Shown piece after piece: positions 42,581-52,646 of a stretch of DNA of 64,000 bases. The notes beneath the pieces were generated by a model. The model ran no database searches. It had not been told where the DNA came from and saw only the letters and a program-made list of their open reading frames with translations. The position numbers and the translations under genes were made by a program. Source of the stretch: an uncultured Collinsella sp. (GTDB lineage: Bacteria > Actinomycetota > Coriobacteriia > Coriobacteriales > Coriobacteriaceae). The stretch covers positions 10,715-74,714 of the forward strand of contig UQWG01000002.1 of the NCBI GenBank assembly GCA_900544645.1. The letters run 5' to 3'. Numbering within the stretch: the stretch's first letter is position 1; the number at the start of each line of letters is the position of its first letter.

Positions 42581-42600
42581 TTTTGTTGCTGAGTTAGTAT

Positions 42601-43977
42601 TTAGAGCGTGATGATGTCCGAGATATCGAGGGCCTGAGCGTCGGCGACATCGTGCGTGGCAAGCAAGAGCGTGCGGCTGTCGAGCAGGTCGAGCACAGCC
42701 TCGGCCGTCGCATCGCGCGCGGAGGCGTCCAGGCCGGTAAAGGGCTCATCCAGAATGACGGCACAGCCACCACACAGCAGGGCTCGAGCGATCTCGACGC
42801 GACGGCGCTGCCCGCCCGAAAGCTCAGCCACACGAGCATGAACATCGACCCCCGGCACCAGCAGGCGCAGCAGGGCCGCAGCGCTCGAGGCGTCCACGCG
42901 TGCATCGGCGCACACCAGCACGTTATCCAGGGCAGAAGCATCCTCGACTAGGCGCACATCCTGAAACACCATGGAACACGGCGCGCATTCCCCCGCAGCC
43001 AGCGCAAGCAACGTCGACTTGCCCACACCCGAGGCGCCCATCACGCAGGTGCGCCCACCGGCGGGTACACAGAGCACCAGTCCGTCGAGCGCCGGCGCCC
43101 AGGGCGCGCGATCGCCCACGGCAAGCGCAAGCTCCGCTGCAGCGCCATCGCTCGCAGCCCCCGCACGCCCGCGAGCGCCGCGCCCATGCGCCCGAACGGC
43201 CGCGCGCCACGCCGCGGGTCCCGAAGCACGCAGCAGCCACACCAGCACGCGCTCACACGCCCACGAGGCGGCAACGACCAGCACGGTCCACGCCAGCAAA
43301 TCAGCCGTCTCAATCAAAAGCTTTGCCTGATAGATGCGCTCACCCACGGTGCCCACCGCCATGCCGATCAGCTCGGCTGCCACGCCGGCTTTCCAGCTCA
43401 TGCCGATCACGGCGCGGGCGCACGAAAGCACAAACGGCAGGACTTCGCGCCAGGTATGAGCACAAAACAGGCGCCAGCCGCGCACGCCATGCAGACGGAA
43501 CATCTGCTCCAGCGGTTTATCCGCTTGCGTCAAGCCCTCGACCAGCGAAAAATACACTCCCGGCAGCGCCATCAAAAAGACCGCCGCAATGCTTACGCGC
43601 GCCGACCCCAGCCAAATGAGCAGCAGGACCACCACGCAGGCAACCGGCGTCGCCTTAACAAACGAAAGCGCCGGAGCCACCAAGCGGGCAAACGCCCGCG
43701 AGCGCGACGAAATTCCGGCCAGCAAACCACCGCACACCGCGGCAAGCGCCAAACCGCCTAGAATCCGCGCACCCGAGCCCGCCAGAATCGCCCACGTGCC
43801 GGCATCGCATACCAGCCGCAGCAACGCCACCACAACAGCACCCGGACCCGGCAAAATCAGCGGCTGTGCCACCAGCGCCGCCACGAAGACCCACACGGCA
43901 AGCCAAAAGGCGGCAACGGCACCTGCTGCCGCCACCGCCTTCATACGCTCTATCATTTGTCGAGCAAACGCACGCAC
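42601..43977 (-). CDS. Fused ABC permease + ATPase (NitT/TauT-like)
   Basis: N-terminal TM permease (SWKAGVAAELIG), then GASGVGKS, LSGGQRRR, ILDEP and THD motifs. Confidence 0.85.
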   Translation of the reverse strand: MRAFARQMIERMKAVAAAGAVAAFWLAVWVFVAALVAQPLILPGPGAVVVALLRLVCDAGTWAILAGSGARILGGLALAAVCGGLLAGISSRSRAFARLVAPALSFVKATPVACVVVLLLIWLGSARVSIAAVFLMALPGVYFSLVEGLTQADKPLEQMFRLHGVRGWRLFCAHTWREVLPFVLSCARAVIGMSWKAGVAAELIGMAVGTVGERIYQAKLLIETADLLAWTVLVVAASWACERVLVWLLRASGPAAWRAAVRAHGRGARGRAGAASDGAAAELALAVGDRAPWAPALDGLVLCVPAGGRTCVMGASGVGKSTLLALAAGECAPCSMVFQDVRLVEDASALDNVLVCADARVDASSAAALLRLLVPGVDVHARVAELSGGQRRRVEIARALLCGGCAVILDEPFTGLDASARDATAEAVLDLLDSRTLLLATHDVADAQALDISDIITL

Positions 43978-43980
43978 GGG

Positions 43981-45039
43981 TTACTCCATGTAGTAGAAAT
44001 CATCAGCCGGGAGCTTGCTGCCCACGGCGCTCGCGTCCGCATCGGCCAGCACCTTCAGGTACCCACCGAGCGCGGCCTTCATATCCTTCCCTGTCTGGCA
44101 GACAAGCATGCATCCGGGAATCGCCTTTTCGGCAATCGTGGCGTTATCCACGATGCCCGCATCGACCACGGCCTGAGCCCAGTCCGCCGGCGCCGCATTG
44201 ACGGCCTTCACGCTCGCCTCATGGCAGCGCAAGAATTCCGCCACGGCCTCGGGATGCTCCTCGGCAAAGGCACGGCGCACCACGGTTACGCCCGTCAGCA
44301 AACGGGAGCCCGTGTCACCCGCCAGTTCATCCCACACATCGGTCAGGCTCACCGGCGCCGACAGCTTGCCTTCGCTCTTGACGATGGCAGCGGTCTTGAA
44401 CGGCTCCGGCAGCACGCCCACGGCGGACGGGTCGGCAAGCAGGGCCGACAGCACTTCGGTGGGCTCGCTCTTAAACTCAAGCGCCACCTGGTCGGTCAGG
44501 CCCGCGCGCTCCAACAGGTAGTTCATGACGTACTCCGGCGTGGTGCCCTTGCCCGTCATGTAGACGGTATGGCCCGCCAGATCGCCAAACGAAGTAACGT
44601 CCGCGTTACCCGTCACCACGTTCAGCACGCCCAGCGTGTTGATATCGATGACCTGCACCGCACCCTCGGTCTTGTTGTAGAGTACGCTCGCCACGTTGGC
44701 GGGCACCAGGGCGATATCGATATCGCCCTGAATGACCTTGGGCACAATCTCGTCGGCGGCAGTGTTGATCGCAAAGTCGAACTCATTGTCCGTGGCACCG
44801 TCGGCCGCCTGGTCCATAAACTGCACCAGCCCAATCGACGTCGGACCCTTGAGCGAGGCGACGTGCACCTCAACCGGCTCGGCAGCGGCACCGTCAGCGG
44901 CAGACCCGGCAGCCGAGCCCGCGGCAGACCCGGCACCGGCAGCCCCGCCGCCACAGCCCGCGAGCGCAAGCGACAGGGCGCCCACGGCGAGCGCCGAGGC
45001 AAACCCCCGGCGCGACATCTCAAAATCAAACGCGCGCAT
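43981..45039 (-). CDS. ABC substrate-binding lipoprotein (NitT/TauT/SsuA-like), Tat-type signal
   Basis: SRRGF..LAGC lipoprotein signal; LKGPT, GKGTTPE, LPEPF and P.DDFYY motifs. Confidence 0.88.
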   Translation of the reverse strand: MRAFDFEMSRRGFASALAVGALSLALAGCGGGAAGAGSAAGSAAGSAADGAAAEPVEVHVASLKGPTSIGLVQFMDQAADGATDNEFDFAINTAADEIVPKVIQGDIDIALVPANVASVLYNKTEGAVQVIDINTLGVLNVVTGNADVTSFGDLAGHTVYMTGKGTTPEYVMNYLLERAGLTDQVALEFKSEPTEVLSALLADPSAVGVLPEPFKTAAIVKSEGKLSAPVSLTDVWDELAGDTGSRLLTGVTVVRRAFAEEHPEAVAEFLRCHEASVKAVNAAPADWAQAVVDAGIVDNATIAEKAIPGCMLVCQTGKDMKAALGGYLKVLADADASAVGSKLPADDFYYME

Positions 45040-45041
45040 CG

Positions 45042-46853
45042 CTAGCACGTCCCCTCGTTAGGCATCGACCAGGCATGATGGTCGGTATGCAGCAACTCCT
45101 CGGCCAGCGGCGAGAGCGGCGCACCCAAGAACTCGCGATAGCACGCCTGGACATCGGGATTCTCGTGCGAGAAACGAATGTCCGCCTTCGCATCCAGGCT
45201 CCACAGCACCTGGCCACGCTCAGCCGCCAGCTCGCAGCCGTCGTGGATGGGCTGACCGCCGCCACCGACGCAGCCGCCCGGGCACGCCATGACCTCAACA
45301 AAGTCATATCTCACACGGCCGTCGCGAATCGCGTCGAGCAGACGGGCGGCGTTGCCCAGCCCGTGCGCCACGGCGACGCGCACCTTGGTACCGTCGATAT
45401 CGGCCACGGCCTCCTTCCAGCCCTCGAGTCCGCGCACGTCAGTGAAGAAGTCGGCATCCGGGTTCTTGCCCGTCACCAGGTAATATGCCGAGCGCACGGC
45501 GGCCTCCATCACGCCGCCCGTGGCGCCAAAGATCACACCCGCGCCCGTGCCAAAGCCCAACGGCGTATCGAGCGGCTCCTCGACCAGCGTGTCAACGCTC
45601 ACGTGGCTCGCGCGGATCATGCGCACCATCTCGCGCACCGTCAGCGCAACGTCCACGTCGGGCGCGCCGCCCTCGCCCATCATGCTCGGCAGCGCACACT
45701 CGGCCTTCTTGGCCGTGCATGGCATAACGGACACCACGAACAGACGCTCGGGCTCCACGCCCAGCACCTTGGCGTAGTAGGTCTTGGCGATAGCGCCGAA
45801 CATCTGCTGCGGCGACTTTGACGTGGACAGGCTGTCGACAAACTCGGGGTAACGTGCCTTCACAAAGCGCACCCAGCCCGGGCAGCAGCTCGTAAACATG
45901 GGCCAGCCGCGGCTGTCGCCCTCACCCTTAGCGGCGGCGCCCAGGCGCTCGAGCAGCTCGGAGCCCTCCTCCATAATGGTGAGGTCGGCCGAGAAATCGG
46001 TATCGAACACATACTCAAAGCCTACGCGGCGCAGCGCGCAAGCCAGACGCTCGACGGTTGCCTCCTCGCGCGGAATGCCGAGCTCCTCGCCCCAAGCACT
46101 ACGCACGGCCGGCGCGATCTGCACCAGCACGATCTTGTCGGGATTAGCGAGCGCGTCAAACACGGTCTCGGTGTCGTCGCGCTCGCGCAGCGCGCCCGTC
46201 GGGCAATGCGTGATGCACTGGCCGCACGCGACGCAATCGGTCTTGCCGATCGGCACGCGCCCGCGGGTGCCCACGGCGGTATGCGTGGCGCGGTTGGTCA
46301 GGTCCCAAATCCCTAGGCCCTGTACGCTCTCGCACACCTTGATGCAGCGCATGCATTTAATGCACTTGTCGTTTTCGCGGATGATGGGGAAATCGAAATC
46401 CCAGCCCTCGCCCGCCAAATGCCTTTGATACGGCAGATAGAAAATGCCCAGGTCGTTGGCAATGGTCTGCAGGTTGCAGTTACCGCTGCGCACACAGCTC
46501 GTGCAGCGTGAATCGTGCTGCGAAAGCAGCAGCTGCACGTTGGTGCGGCGCGCCTCGCGGGCCTTGGGGCTGTTGGTGTGGACCACCATGCCATCGAGCA
46601 CGTAGTTGTTGCAGGCGGCAACCAGCTGGTCGCAGCCCTCAACCTCGACCACGCACACGCGGCAGCCGCCGATCTCGTTCAGATCGCGCAGGTAGCACAG
46701 GGTGGGAATCTGGATGCCGACGGACTTGGCCGCGTCCAGGATCGTGGTGTGCTCGGGCACCACGACCTCGCAATTATCGATAGTGAGCTTGACCATATTG
46801 AGTGCTCCGCTTTCGGTGTTATCGCTGACAGTGGGGTTGTTGAGCTCTACCAT
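45042..46853 (-). CDS. hydA: [FeFe]-hydrogenase catalytic subunit (group A, 2Fe-2S + His-ligated 4Fe-4S + 2x4Fe-4S)
   Basis: H-cluster motifs TSCCPGW, MPCTAKKAE and EVMACPGGCVGGGGQP; start overlaps the upstream stop. Confidence 0.93.
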   Translation of the reverse strand: MVELNNPTVSDNTESGALNMVKLTIDNCEVVVPEHTTILDAAKSVGIQIPTLCYLRDLNEIGGCRVCVVEVEGCDQLVAACNNYVLDGMVVHTNSPKAREARRTNVQLLLSQHDSRCTSCVRSGNCNLQTIANDLGIFYLPYQRHLAGEGWDFDFPIIRENDKCIKCMRCIKVCESVQGLGIWDLTNRATHTAVGTRGRVPIGKTDCVACGQCITHCPTGALRERDDTETVFDALANPDKIVLVQIAPAVRSAWGEELGIPREEATVERLACALRRVGFEYVFDTDFSADLTIMEEGSELLERLGAAAKGEGDSRGWPMFTSCCPGWVRFVKARYPEFVDSLSTSKSPQQMFGAIAKTYYAKVLGVEPERLFVVSVMPCTAKKAECALPSMMGEGGAPDVDVALTVREMVRMIRASHVSVDTLVEEPLDTPLGFGTGAGVIFGATGGVMEAAVRSAYYLVTGKNPDADFFTDVRGLEGWKEAVADIDGTKVRVAVAHGLGNAARLLDAIRDGRVRYDFVEVMACPGGCVGGGGQPIHDGCELAAERGQVLWSLDAKADIRFSHENPDVQACYREFLGAPLSPLAEELLHTDHHAWSMPNEGTC

Positions 46854-48679
46854 TCCAGGTTCCTCCCTCCGCGGAACGCGCCAAAACCAAAGTGGTCGCA
46901 ACGCAGGCAGCGGCTTGCCTCCTGGCGCGCCTCCTCCTCGGTAAGGCCCTGCTCGACCAGATTCCAATCGTGAATACGCTCGCCGGCCTCGCGCTCACCC
47001 AGCTCGCAGCGGCCGCACTCGTGCTTGCCCTTAAACTGAACGGTCGGCAGCTCCACGTCGAGCTTGATCTTGTGGTCGAAGCCCAGATAGCGGTCGATGT
47101 TTGCCGAAGCCACGCGGCCGGCGTTGATGGCACGGATGACGGTGGCGGGGCCGGTCTGGCAGTCGCCGCCGCTAAAGAGGCCATCGAAGTTGGGCACGGC
47201 ACCGTCCGAGTCGGTGACCACGCAACCCCACTTGCAGGCAATGCCCACCTCCTCAAACGGTTTGGAATCGATGTCTTGGCCAATGGCGACGAACACACGC
47301 TCGCAGGGGATGACGCGCTCGGGCGTGGCGGCGGCACGCGGAGCCGGACGACCGCGACGGGGCTCGCCGATAATCTGCGGCTGCACGCGCAGGCCGCTCA
47401 CGCGACCGTCCTCGCCCGTCTCAATACCGAGCGGGGCTGTGAGCTCCAGAACCTCGCAGCCCTCGGCCTGGGCACCGGCAATCTCGGCGTCCTGGGCCGT
47501 CATATCGCAGATGCGACGGCGGTAGACAATACTCACCTTTTCGGCACCGCAGCGCACGGCAGAGCGCGCCACGTCCATGGCCACGTTGCCGCCGCCGATG
47601 ACGCACACGCGCTGGCCGCTCAGGTCGGGCAGCTCGTCGTCGCCGATGGCACGCAGCATCTTGACGGCCGACTCCACGCCGGGAGCCTCTTCGCCCGGAA
47701 GGCCGAGCTTCTTATCGCTGTGGGCACCAATGGCCAGATAGACGGCATCGAACTCGTCGCGCAGGCGGGCAAGCTCCTCGCCGTTCACGGAGTGGTCGAG
47801 CTCAACGTCGATGCCGGCGCTCAAGATCCAGTCGATCTCGGCCTGCAGACGCTCGCGCGGCAGACGATAGCTGGGGATGCCGTAGCGCAGCATGCCGCCC
47901 AGGTGGTGACGCTGCTCAAAGATGGTCACCTTGTGGCCCATCACGGCCAGGTAGTAAGCGCAGGAAAGGCCGGCCGGGCCGCCGCCGATCACGGCGACGC
48001 GCTTACCGGTGTTGTCCACTACATGCGGTTTGTGGTCGTTGAGGTCGCTGTGCTCAACGGCAAAACGCTTGAGGGCGAGGATGTTCATGGGGTCGTCGAC
48101 CATGCCACGGCGACAGTGCATCTCGCAGGGATGCTCGCACACCAGGCCGCAGACGAGCGGCAGCGGGTTATTCTTGCGGATGACCTTGACGGCATCGGCA
48201 TAGCGGCCGGCCTCGACGAGCGAAATGTACCCGGGAATGTCGACGTGCGCCGGGCAGCCCGAGACGCACGGGACGCGGGCCTCGCGGTCAAAGCCGCAGG
48301 AGTGCTCGCGAATGTGATGCTCAAAATCGTCGCGGAAGCCGCGAATGGCCGTGAGCGCCATGGCGCCAGCTTCGTAGCCGATGGCGCAGTCGCTCGAAAG
48401 GTAGATGGTGCGGGCCGTGCGCTCGATAAGATTGAGCGTGGACTCGTCGGCGCGGCCCTCGAGCACATCGGCGAGCAGATCGCTCAGCGCGCTCAGGCCC
48501 ACGCGGCAGGGCGTACACTTGCCGCAGCTCTGGGTGGAACACAGGTTGACGAGCGCTGCCGTAAACTCAACGGGACACGGGGCGAGCGAACTCACCGCCA
48601 AACGGCGTCCGAGCGCATCGTGCAGGTCGTCTATGACGGCCTGAGCGTGGCTGCGTTCCATTACATGCAGTCGTGCCAT
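46847..48679 (-). CDS. GltD-like NAD(P)-dependent FeS flavoprotein with N-terminal NuoF-type 4Fe-4S domain
   Basis: SCGKCTPCRVG, PCVSGCP, CGLVCEHPCE, GGGPAG, GGGNVAMD and EASRCLRC motifs. Confidence 0.9.
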   Translation of the reverse strand: MARLHVMERSHAQAVIDDLHDALGRRLAVSSLAPCPVEFTAALVNLCSTQSCGKCTPCRVGLSALSDLLADVLEGRADESTLNLIERTARTIYLSSDCAIGYEAGAMALTAIRGFRDDFEHHIREHSCGFDREARVPCVSGCPAHVDIPGYISLVEAGRYADAVKVIRKNNPLPLVCGLVCEHPCEMHCRRGMVDDPMNILALKRFAVEHSDLNDHKPHVVDNTGKRVAVIGGGPAGLSCAYYLAVMGHKVTIFEQRHHLGGMLRYGIPSYRLPRERLQAEIDWILSAGIDVELDHSVNGEELARLRDEFDAVYLAIGAHSDKKLGLPGEEAPGVESAVKMLRAIGDDELPDLSGQRVCVIGGGNVAMDVARSAVRCGAEKVSIVYRRRICDMTAQDAEIAGAQAEGCEVLELTAPLGIETGEDGRVSGLRVQPQIIGEPRRGRPAPRAAATPERVIPCERVFVAIGQDIDSKPFEEVGIACKWGCVVTDSDGAVPNFDGLFSGGDCQTGPATVIRAINAGRVASANIDRYLGFDHKIKLDVELPTVQFKGKHECGRCELGEREAGERIHDWNLVEQGLTEEEARQEASRCLRCDHFGFGAFRGGRNLEW

Positions 48680-48908
48680 AAGATCCCCTCTCACATGGCA
48701 GCCCGGAGGCGAGGCCGGGCGAAAATGCTACACGCACAACACTGACCTAAAAAGTTGTTAGGTCTCCACACGGTTCGGCAGGCGGTATAAAATGCGACCC
48801 TCAGCGGTGAAAACGAACATTACCGCAGATAAATGCCATATTTGATAAAACGCGTTACCAAATTGCAATATTCAATGTGAAAAAGAGCGCCTTACTATTT
48901 TTCCTTTT

Positions 48909-48971
48909 TGATCCGTTTTCCTCCGTCTCCTTCGGATCACATGATCCCTTGGGAACGGAGGAAAACGGATC
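48909..48971. repeat. Family C repeat, inverted pair
   Basis: TGATCCGTTTTCCTCCGT..GGATCA-ca-TGATCC..ACGGAGGAAAACGGATC. Confidence 0.8.
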
Positions 48972-49019
48972 GTTTTTGGTGCAAAAGGGCCAGGTTTGTT
49001 TGCACCAATCTCACTTGCG

Positions 49020-49781
49020 CTAGATGAAGAGCTCGCATTCCTTCCGCGCGACGCAAACCTTGCTCAGCATCTGGGAAACAGCGGATAGTTTGTTGGAATC
49101 AAGCTTGCGAGCACCTCGCGGACATACGGCGATGCAGCGCATGCAGGAGATGCACGCCTCGCCAGCTGCTCGTTTGGGGTCACTCTTGTCGATAGCGCAA
49201 ACGGGGCACGCCGCGGCGCATGCACCGCAGGAGACACAATCCTCTGTTGCCTCGGGTGCCATGCGGTGACCTCCGGCTTGTTTATAAGGACGATTGCCGG
49301 GGATAGAGGGCCCGGACGCATCCTCAGCCAACAGCTTTTGCTGAATTTGCTGCGCAAACTCTGCGAGCTGCGCCGCATCCTGCGCATCCGGTCGCCCAGC
49401 AGCAAACTGACGAGCAACGGAATGCTCAGCAATAGCAGAAACCGCTGCAACAACCCTAAATACGGCGCGCTTCGCAACGTCCTCCAGCTCTACGAGCGTG
49501 TCCTCAAACGCGCGGTTTCCGTATACGCAAACCAAAACAGCCCGAGCCCCGTTGCCGCGCACCATGCCCAACCGGTCAGCCACCACAGCCGGGATTCTAC
49601 CGGCATACGCCGGCACAGAGATTACGGCCACGTCGTCCTCAGTCATCGAGACAGCGCTGAAATCTAGCCCGCTATCGGTCAGATCGACGGTAACGGTATT
49701 CTTGCCCAGTGCCCCGGCCACAAGGCCAGACACCTTCCGCGTTCCACCCGTCGGACTAAACACAATTTCGAATACGCTCAT
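49020..49781 (-). CDS. EFR1-type flavodoxin-fold + ferredoxin protein
   Basis: FSPTGGT, PAYAGR and YGNR motifs with two CxxCxxCxxxCP clusters. Confidence 0.9.
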   Translation of the reverse strand: MSVFEIVFSPTGGTRKVSGLVAGALGKNTVTVDLTDSGLDFSAVSMTEDDVAVISVPAYAGRIPAVVADRLGMVRGNGARAVLVCVYGNRAFEDTLVELEDVAKRAVFRVVAAVSAIAEHSVARQFAAGRPDAQDAAQLAEFAQQIQQKLLAEDASGPSIPGNRPYKQAGGHRMAPEATEDCVSCGACAAACPVCAIDKSDPKRAAGEACISCMRCIAVCPRGARKLDSNKLSAVSQMLSKVCVARKECELFI

Positions 49782-50335
49782 CGAGGCACCCTCCCCCTAC
49801 GCCTGGCAACGCGTCAAGCCGTTTTCACATCCAGCCAGAGTATACGGCACGTGGGGTCCCCGTTTTAATGCACCAAGCACCCCAATGCACCCACCCTACG
49901 CTGTCTGCTTCTTCGTTTTGTATAAATTACGGTACAGATTGTATATATTTACGGGATACCGCCGTGTTCTCCCGAGGTACCCCATCCTGGCCCGTGCAAA
50001 AAACGGAGTATTCTGCAACGTGACCGCGCCAGCACCGCCGCGGGCGGGCAAAACTGTAGGGCGCCGTATCATTTTAAGTCCCGACATGGCGAGAATGACG
50101 CGCCCCTGCTCCGGAAAACGGCGAAATCTAACTCAAAACGCTCATAAGGGATATCTGAAGGCCACCGTTGGCAATACCGAATCGTATGCAGACAACTCGA
50201 ACTGCAGAATACTCCAAAAAATGCACGGCGCACCCCATGGGACCCATTGCCGCATGGCAGGAAACAGGTCCACGGCATCCTCTAGATGCATTCCCGAGGA
50301 AATCACATTTGAACTAGCGATCGAATACGACAAAC

Positions 50336-50370
50336 AAAAAAGGCCCCGAGCGTAGTTGCTCGGGGCCCTT
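50336..50370 (-). terminator. Terminator after the DEAD-box gene
   Basis: GGCCCCGAGC-gtagtt-GCTCGGGGCC with an A6 run on the left (T-run on minus). Confidence 0.75.
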
Positions 50371-50402
50371 GGTTCACCTCGCTCTAGCGGGCGATGCGTA
50401 TG

Positions 50403-52646
50403 TTACTTGCGCTTGCCGCCGCCGTCACCGGGACGACGGGAGCTGCTACCACGCTTGCCGCCACGGCTGTTGCCATAGCTGCCGCGGTTATCGCGACCGC
50501 CGGCACGGCCGCCGCGGGAGCCGGCCTGGTTGCCGCCGCGACCACCACGGTAGCCGCCGCGACGCTCTTCGCGGGTATCGTCGTAGTTGCGCCAGTCATC
50601 GCGACGATCGCGGCTGGCCCGCGGGTCACGACGGTCGCGCAACTCGTTAGAACGACCAGCGCCGCCGCGGCCGCCATTGCCGCGAGCACCCTCGCGACGC
50701 TCGCCGCCGCGGCTACCGCGCTCTTCAAAGCGCTTGCCGCCACGGGACTCACCGCCACGGGCAGCACGCTCACCACGACCCTCGCCGCCGCGACGCTCGT
50801 CACGGCCGCCGCGCTCGTCATCACGACCGGAACGACGGCGGTCGCCCGAACCGCGCTTGCCACCGCGCGAACCGCGGCCCTCGTCCTCGCGCTCGACACG
50901 ACGACGGCCACCGCGATCCTCGTCCTCGCGGCGGCGGCGATGTGCCTCGCCCTGGAACTGCTTGGCACGACGCTCGGCACGGTTGCCACGCGAGGCCTGC
51001 TCGACAGCACCGCCGCGCTCCTCGGCAGCCACCTCGCGGGCCACGCTCTCCACAGCCTCGTCCACGCGAGCCTGAACGCCCTCGCGCACGCGGGTCTTGC
51101 CGCCGCGCTTGGGACGGCTCGGACGCTCGCCGTCGCCGCGACGCTCGTCGCGACCGCGGTTGGAACGACCGGCCACATCGCCGTAGTCATCGCCGTTGCG
51201 CTTGCCGTCGCGACGCGCCTGCTCAAGCTTCTTCTTGCTCTTGGACTTGCCGCGCTTGGTCTTCTTCTTCACCTTAAAAGCGGCAGGATCGCGCTCGGGG
51301 TCAACGGCGGGCGGGTTGGGACCCACGTGCAGGTCGCCGGCTTCATAGATGTCGGCGGTCTTGTCCATGAGCTTCTCAATCTCGTAGAACTCGTCGACGT
51401 CCTGCTCGGTCACAAACGTGATGGCCCAGCCCAGCTCGCCAGCGCGGCCCGTACGGCCAATGCGGTGGATATAGTCGGTCGGCTCGGCCGGCACGTCAAA
51501 GTTCACGACGTAGCGCACGTCGCTAATGTCGATGCCGCGGGCGAGAACATCGGTTGCCACCAGCACGTCAACGGTGCCATCGCGGAAGGCCGAAAGCGCG
51601 CGCTCGCGCTGAGCTTGGCTGCGGTTGCCGTGAATCGCGGCGGCCTTGATGCCCTTGCGCTCCAGACGACGGCAGCAGCTGTCGGCGCGGTGCTTGGTGC
51701 GCATAAAGACGATAGTGCGCTCCGGGCCCTCCTTCTTGAGGAACTCGGGCAGCAGGTTGTTCTTGGCCTCGATGGACACCGGGAACACAAACTGGTCGAC
51801 GGTGTCGGCGGTCGACGTGGCGGGCGCGATCTCCACGCGGGCCGGGTCGCTCACCAGGTCGGTGATCTCGCCCACGGCCTCCTCGTCGAGCGTCGCCGAG
51901 AACAGCAGCGTCTGGCGCTCGGCCGGCGTCTCGCGCACAATGCGCCGGACGGCGGGCAAAAAGCCCATGTCGAGCATACGGTCGGCCTCGTCGAGCACCA
52001 GGACCTTAACCTCGTCCAGGTGGCAGGCGCCCTGCTCGATCAGATCGACCAGACGGCCCGGCGTTGCGACCAGGATGTCGCAGCCGTACTTAAGGGCCGC
52101 CGTCTGCGGCTTGTAGCTCACGCCGCCCACGACGGTCACGGCAACATGGCCGGTGACGTCGGCGATTTTGCTTGCGACCTCGTCGATTTGCTGGGCAAGC
52201 TCGCGCGTAGGGGTGATGACGAGCATCACGGGGCCGCGACCGTTGCCCTCGGGCTTTTTAGCACCGCGACGACGGTTGCGGCCACCGCGCTCGCGCACGG
52301 GTTTGGGAGGAGCGATGTGCTCTAGATTGTTCATGGTCGGCAGCAAAAAGGCGGCCGTCTTGCCGGTGCCGGTCTGAGCGGCGGCAAGCAGGTCGCGGCC
52401 CTCGAGCACCACGGGGATGGAGCCGGCCTGCACGGGCGTCGGCGCCGTGTAGCCCAGGTTCTCGATAGCACGAAGCATCTCGTCGGAAAGCCCCAGCTCG
52501 TCAAAGGCGGGCAGGCTCTCGGTAGCGGACTCGACGGCCTGGGCAGCATTGGCCTCATCGGCGGCATCGAAGGCAGCCTGGGTCATGGCCTCGCGGGCCT
52601 CGTCCAGAATCTCGGCGTCCGTAACGTCGGATACAGAATTACGCAT
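50403..52646 (-). CDS. DEAD-box RNA helicase with long R/G/D/E-rich C-terminal tail
   Basis: Q motif, AQTGTGKT, PTRELA, TPGRL, DEAD, SAT, ARGID and HRIGRTGR motifs. Confidence 0.96.
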   Translation of the reverse strand: MRNSVSDVTDAEILDEAREAMTQAAFDAADEANAAQAVESATESLPAFDELGLSDEMLRAIENLGYTAPTPVQAGSIPVVLEGRDLLAAAQTGTGKTAAFLLPTMNNLEHIAPPKPVRERGGRNRRRGAKKPEGNGRGPVMLVITPTRELAQQIDEVASKIADVTGHVAVTVVGGVSYKPQTAALKYGCDILVATPGRLVDLIEQGACHLDEVKVLVLDEADRMLDMGFLPAVRRIVRETPAERQTLLFSATLDEEAVGEITDLVSDPARVEIAPATSTADTVDQFVFPVSIEAKNNLLPEFLKKEGPERTIVFMRTKHRADSCCRRLERKGIKAAAIHGNRSQAQRERALSAFRDGTVDVLVATDVLARGIDISDVRYVVNFDVPAEPTDYIHRIGRTGRAGELGWAITFVTEQDVDEFYEIEKLMDKTADIYEAGDLHVGPNPPAVDPERDPAAFKVKKKTKRGKSKSKKKLEQARRDGKRNGDDYGDVAGRSNRGRDERRGDGERPSRPKRGGKTRVREGVQARVDEAVESVAREVAAEERGGAVEQASRGNRAERRAKQFQGEAHRRRREDEDRGGRRRVEREDEGRGSRGGKRGSGDRRRSGRDDERGGRDERRGGEGRGERAARGGESRGGKRFEERGSRGGERREGARGNGGRGGAGRSNELRDRRDPRASRDRRDDWRNYDDTREERRGGYRGGRGGNQAGSRGGRAGGRDNRGSYGNSRGGKRGSSSRRPGDGGGKRK

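Noticed and set aside
50394..52325. 643-aa Ala/Thr-rich plus-strand ORF
   Set aside because: Antisense shadow of the DEAD-box helicase, which has all canonical motifs.
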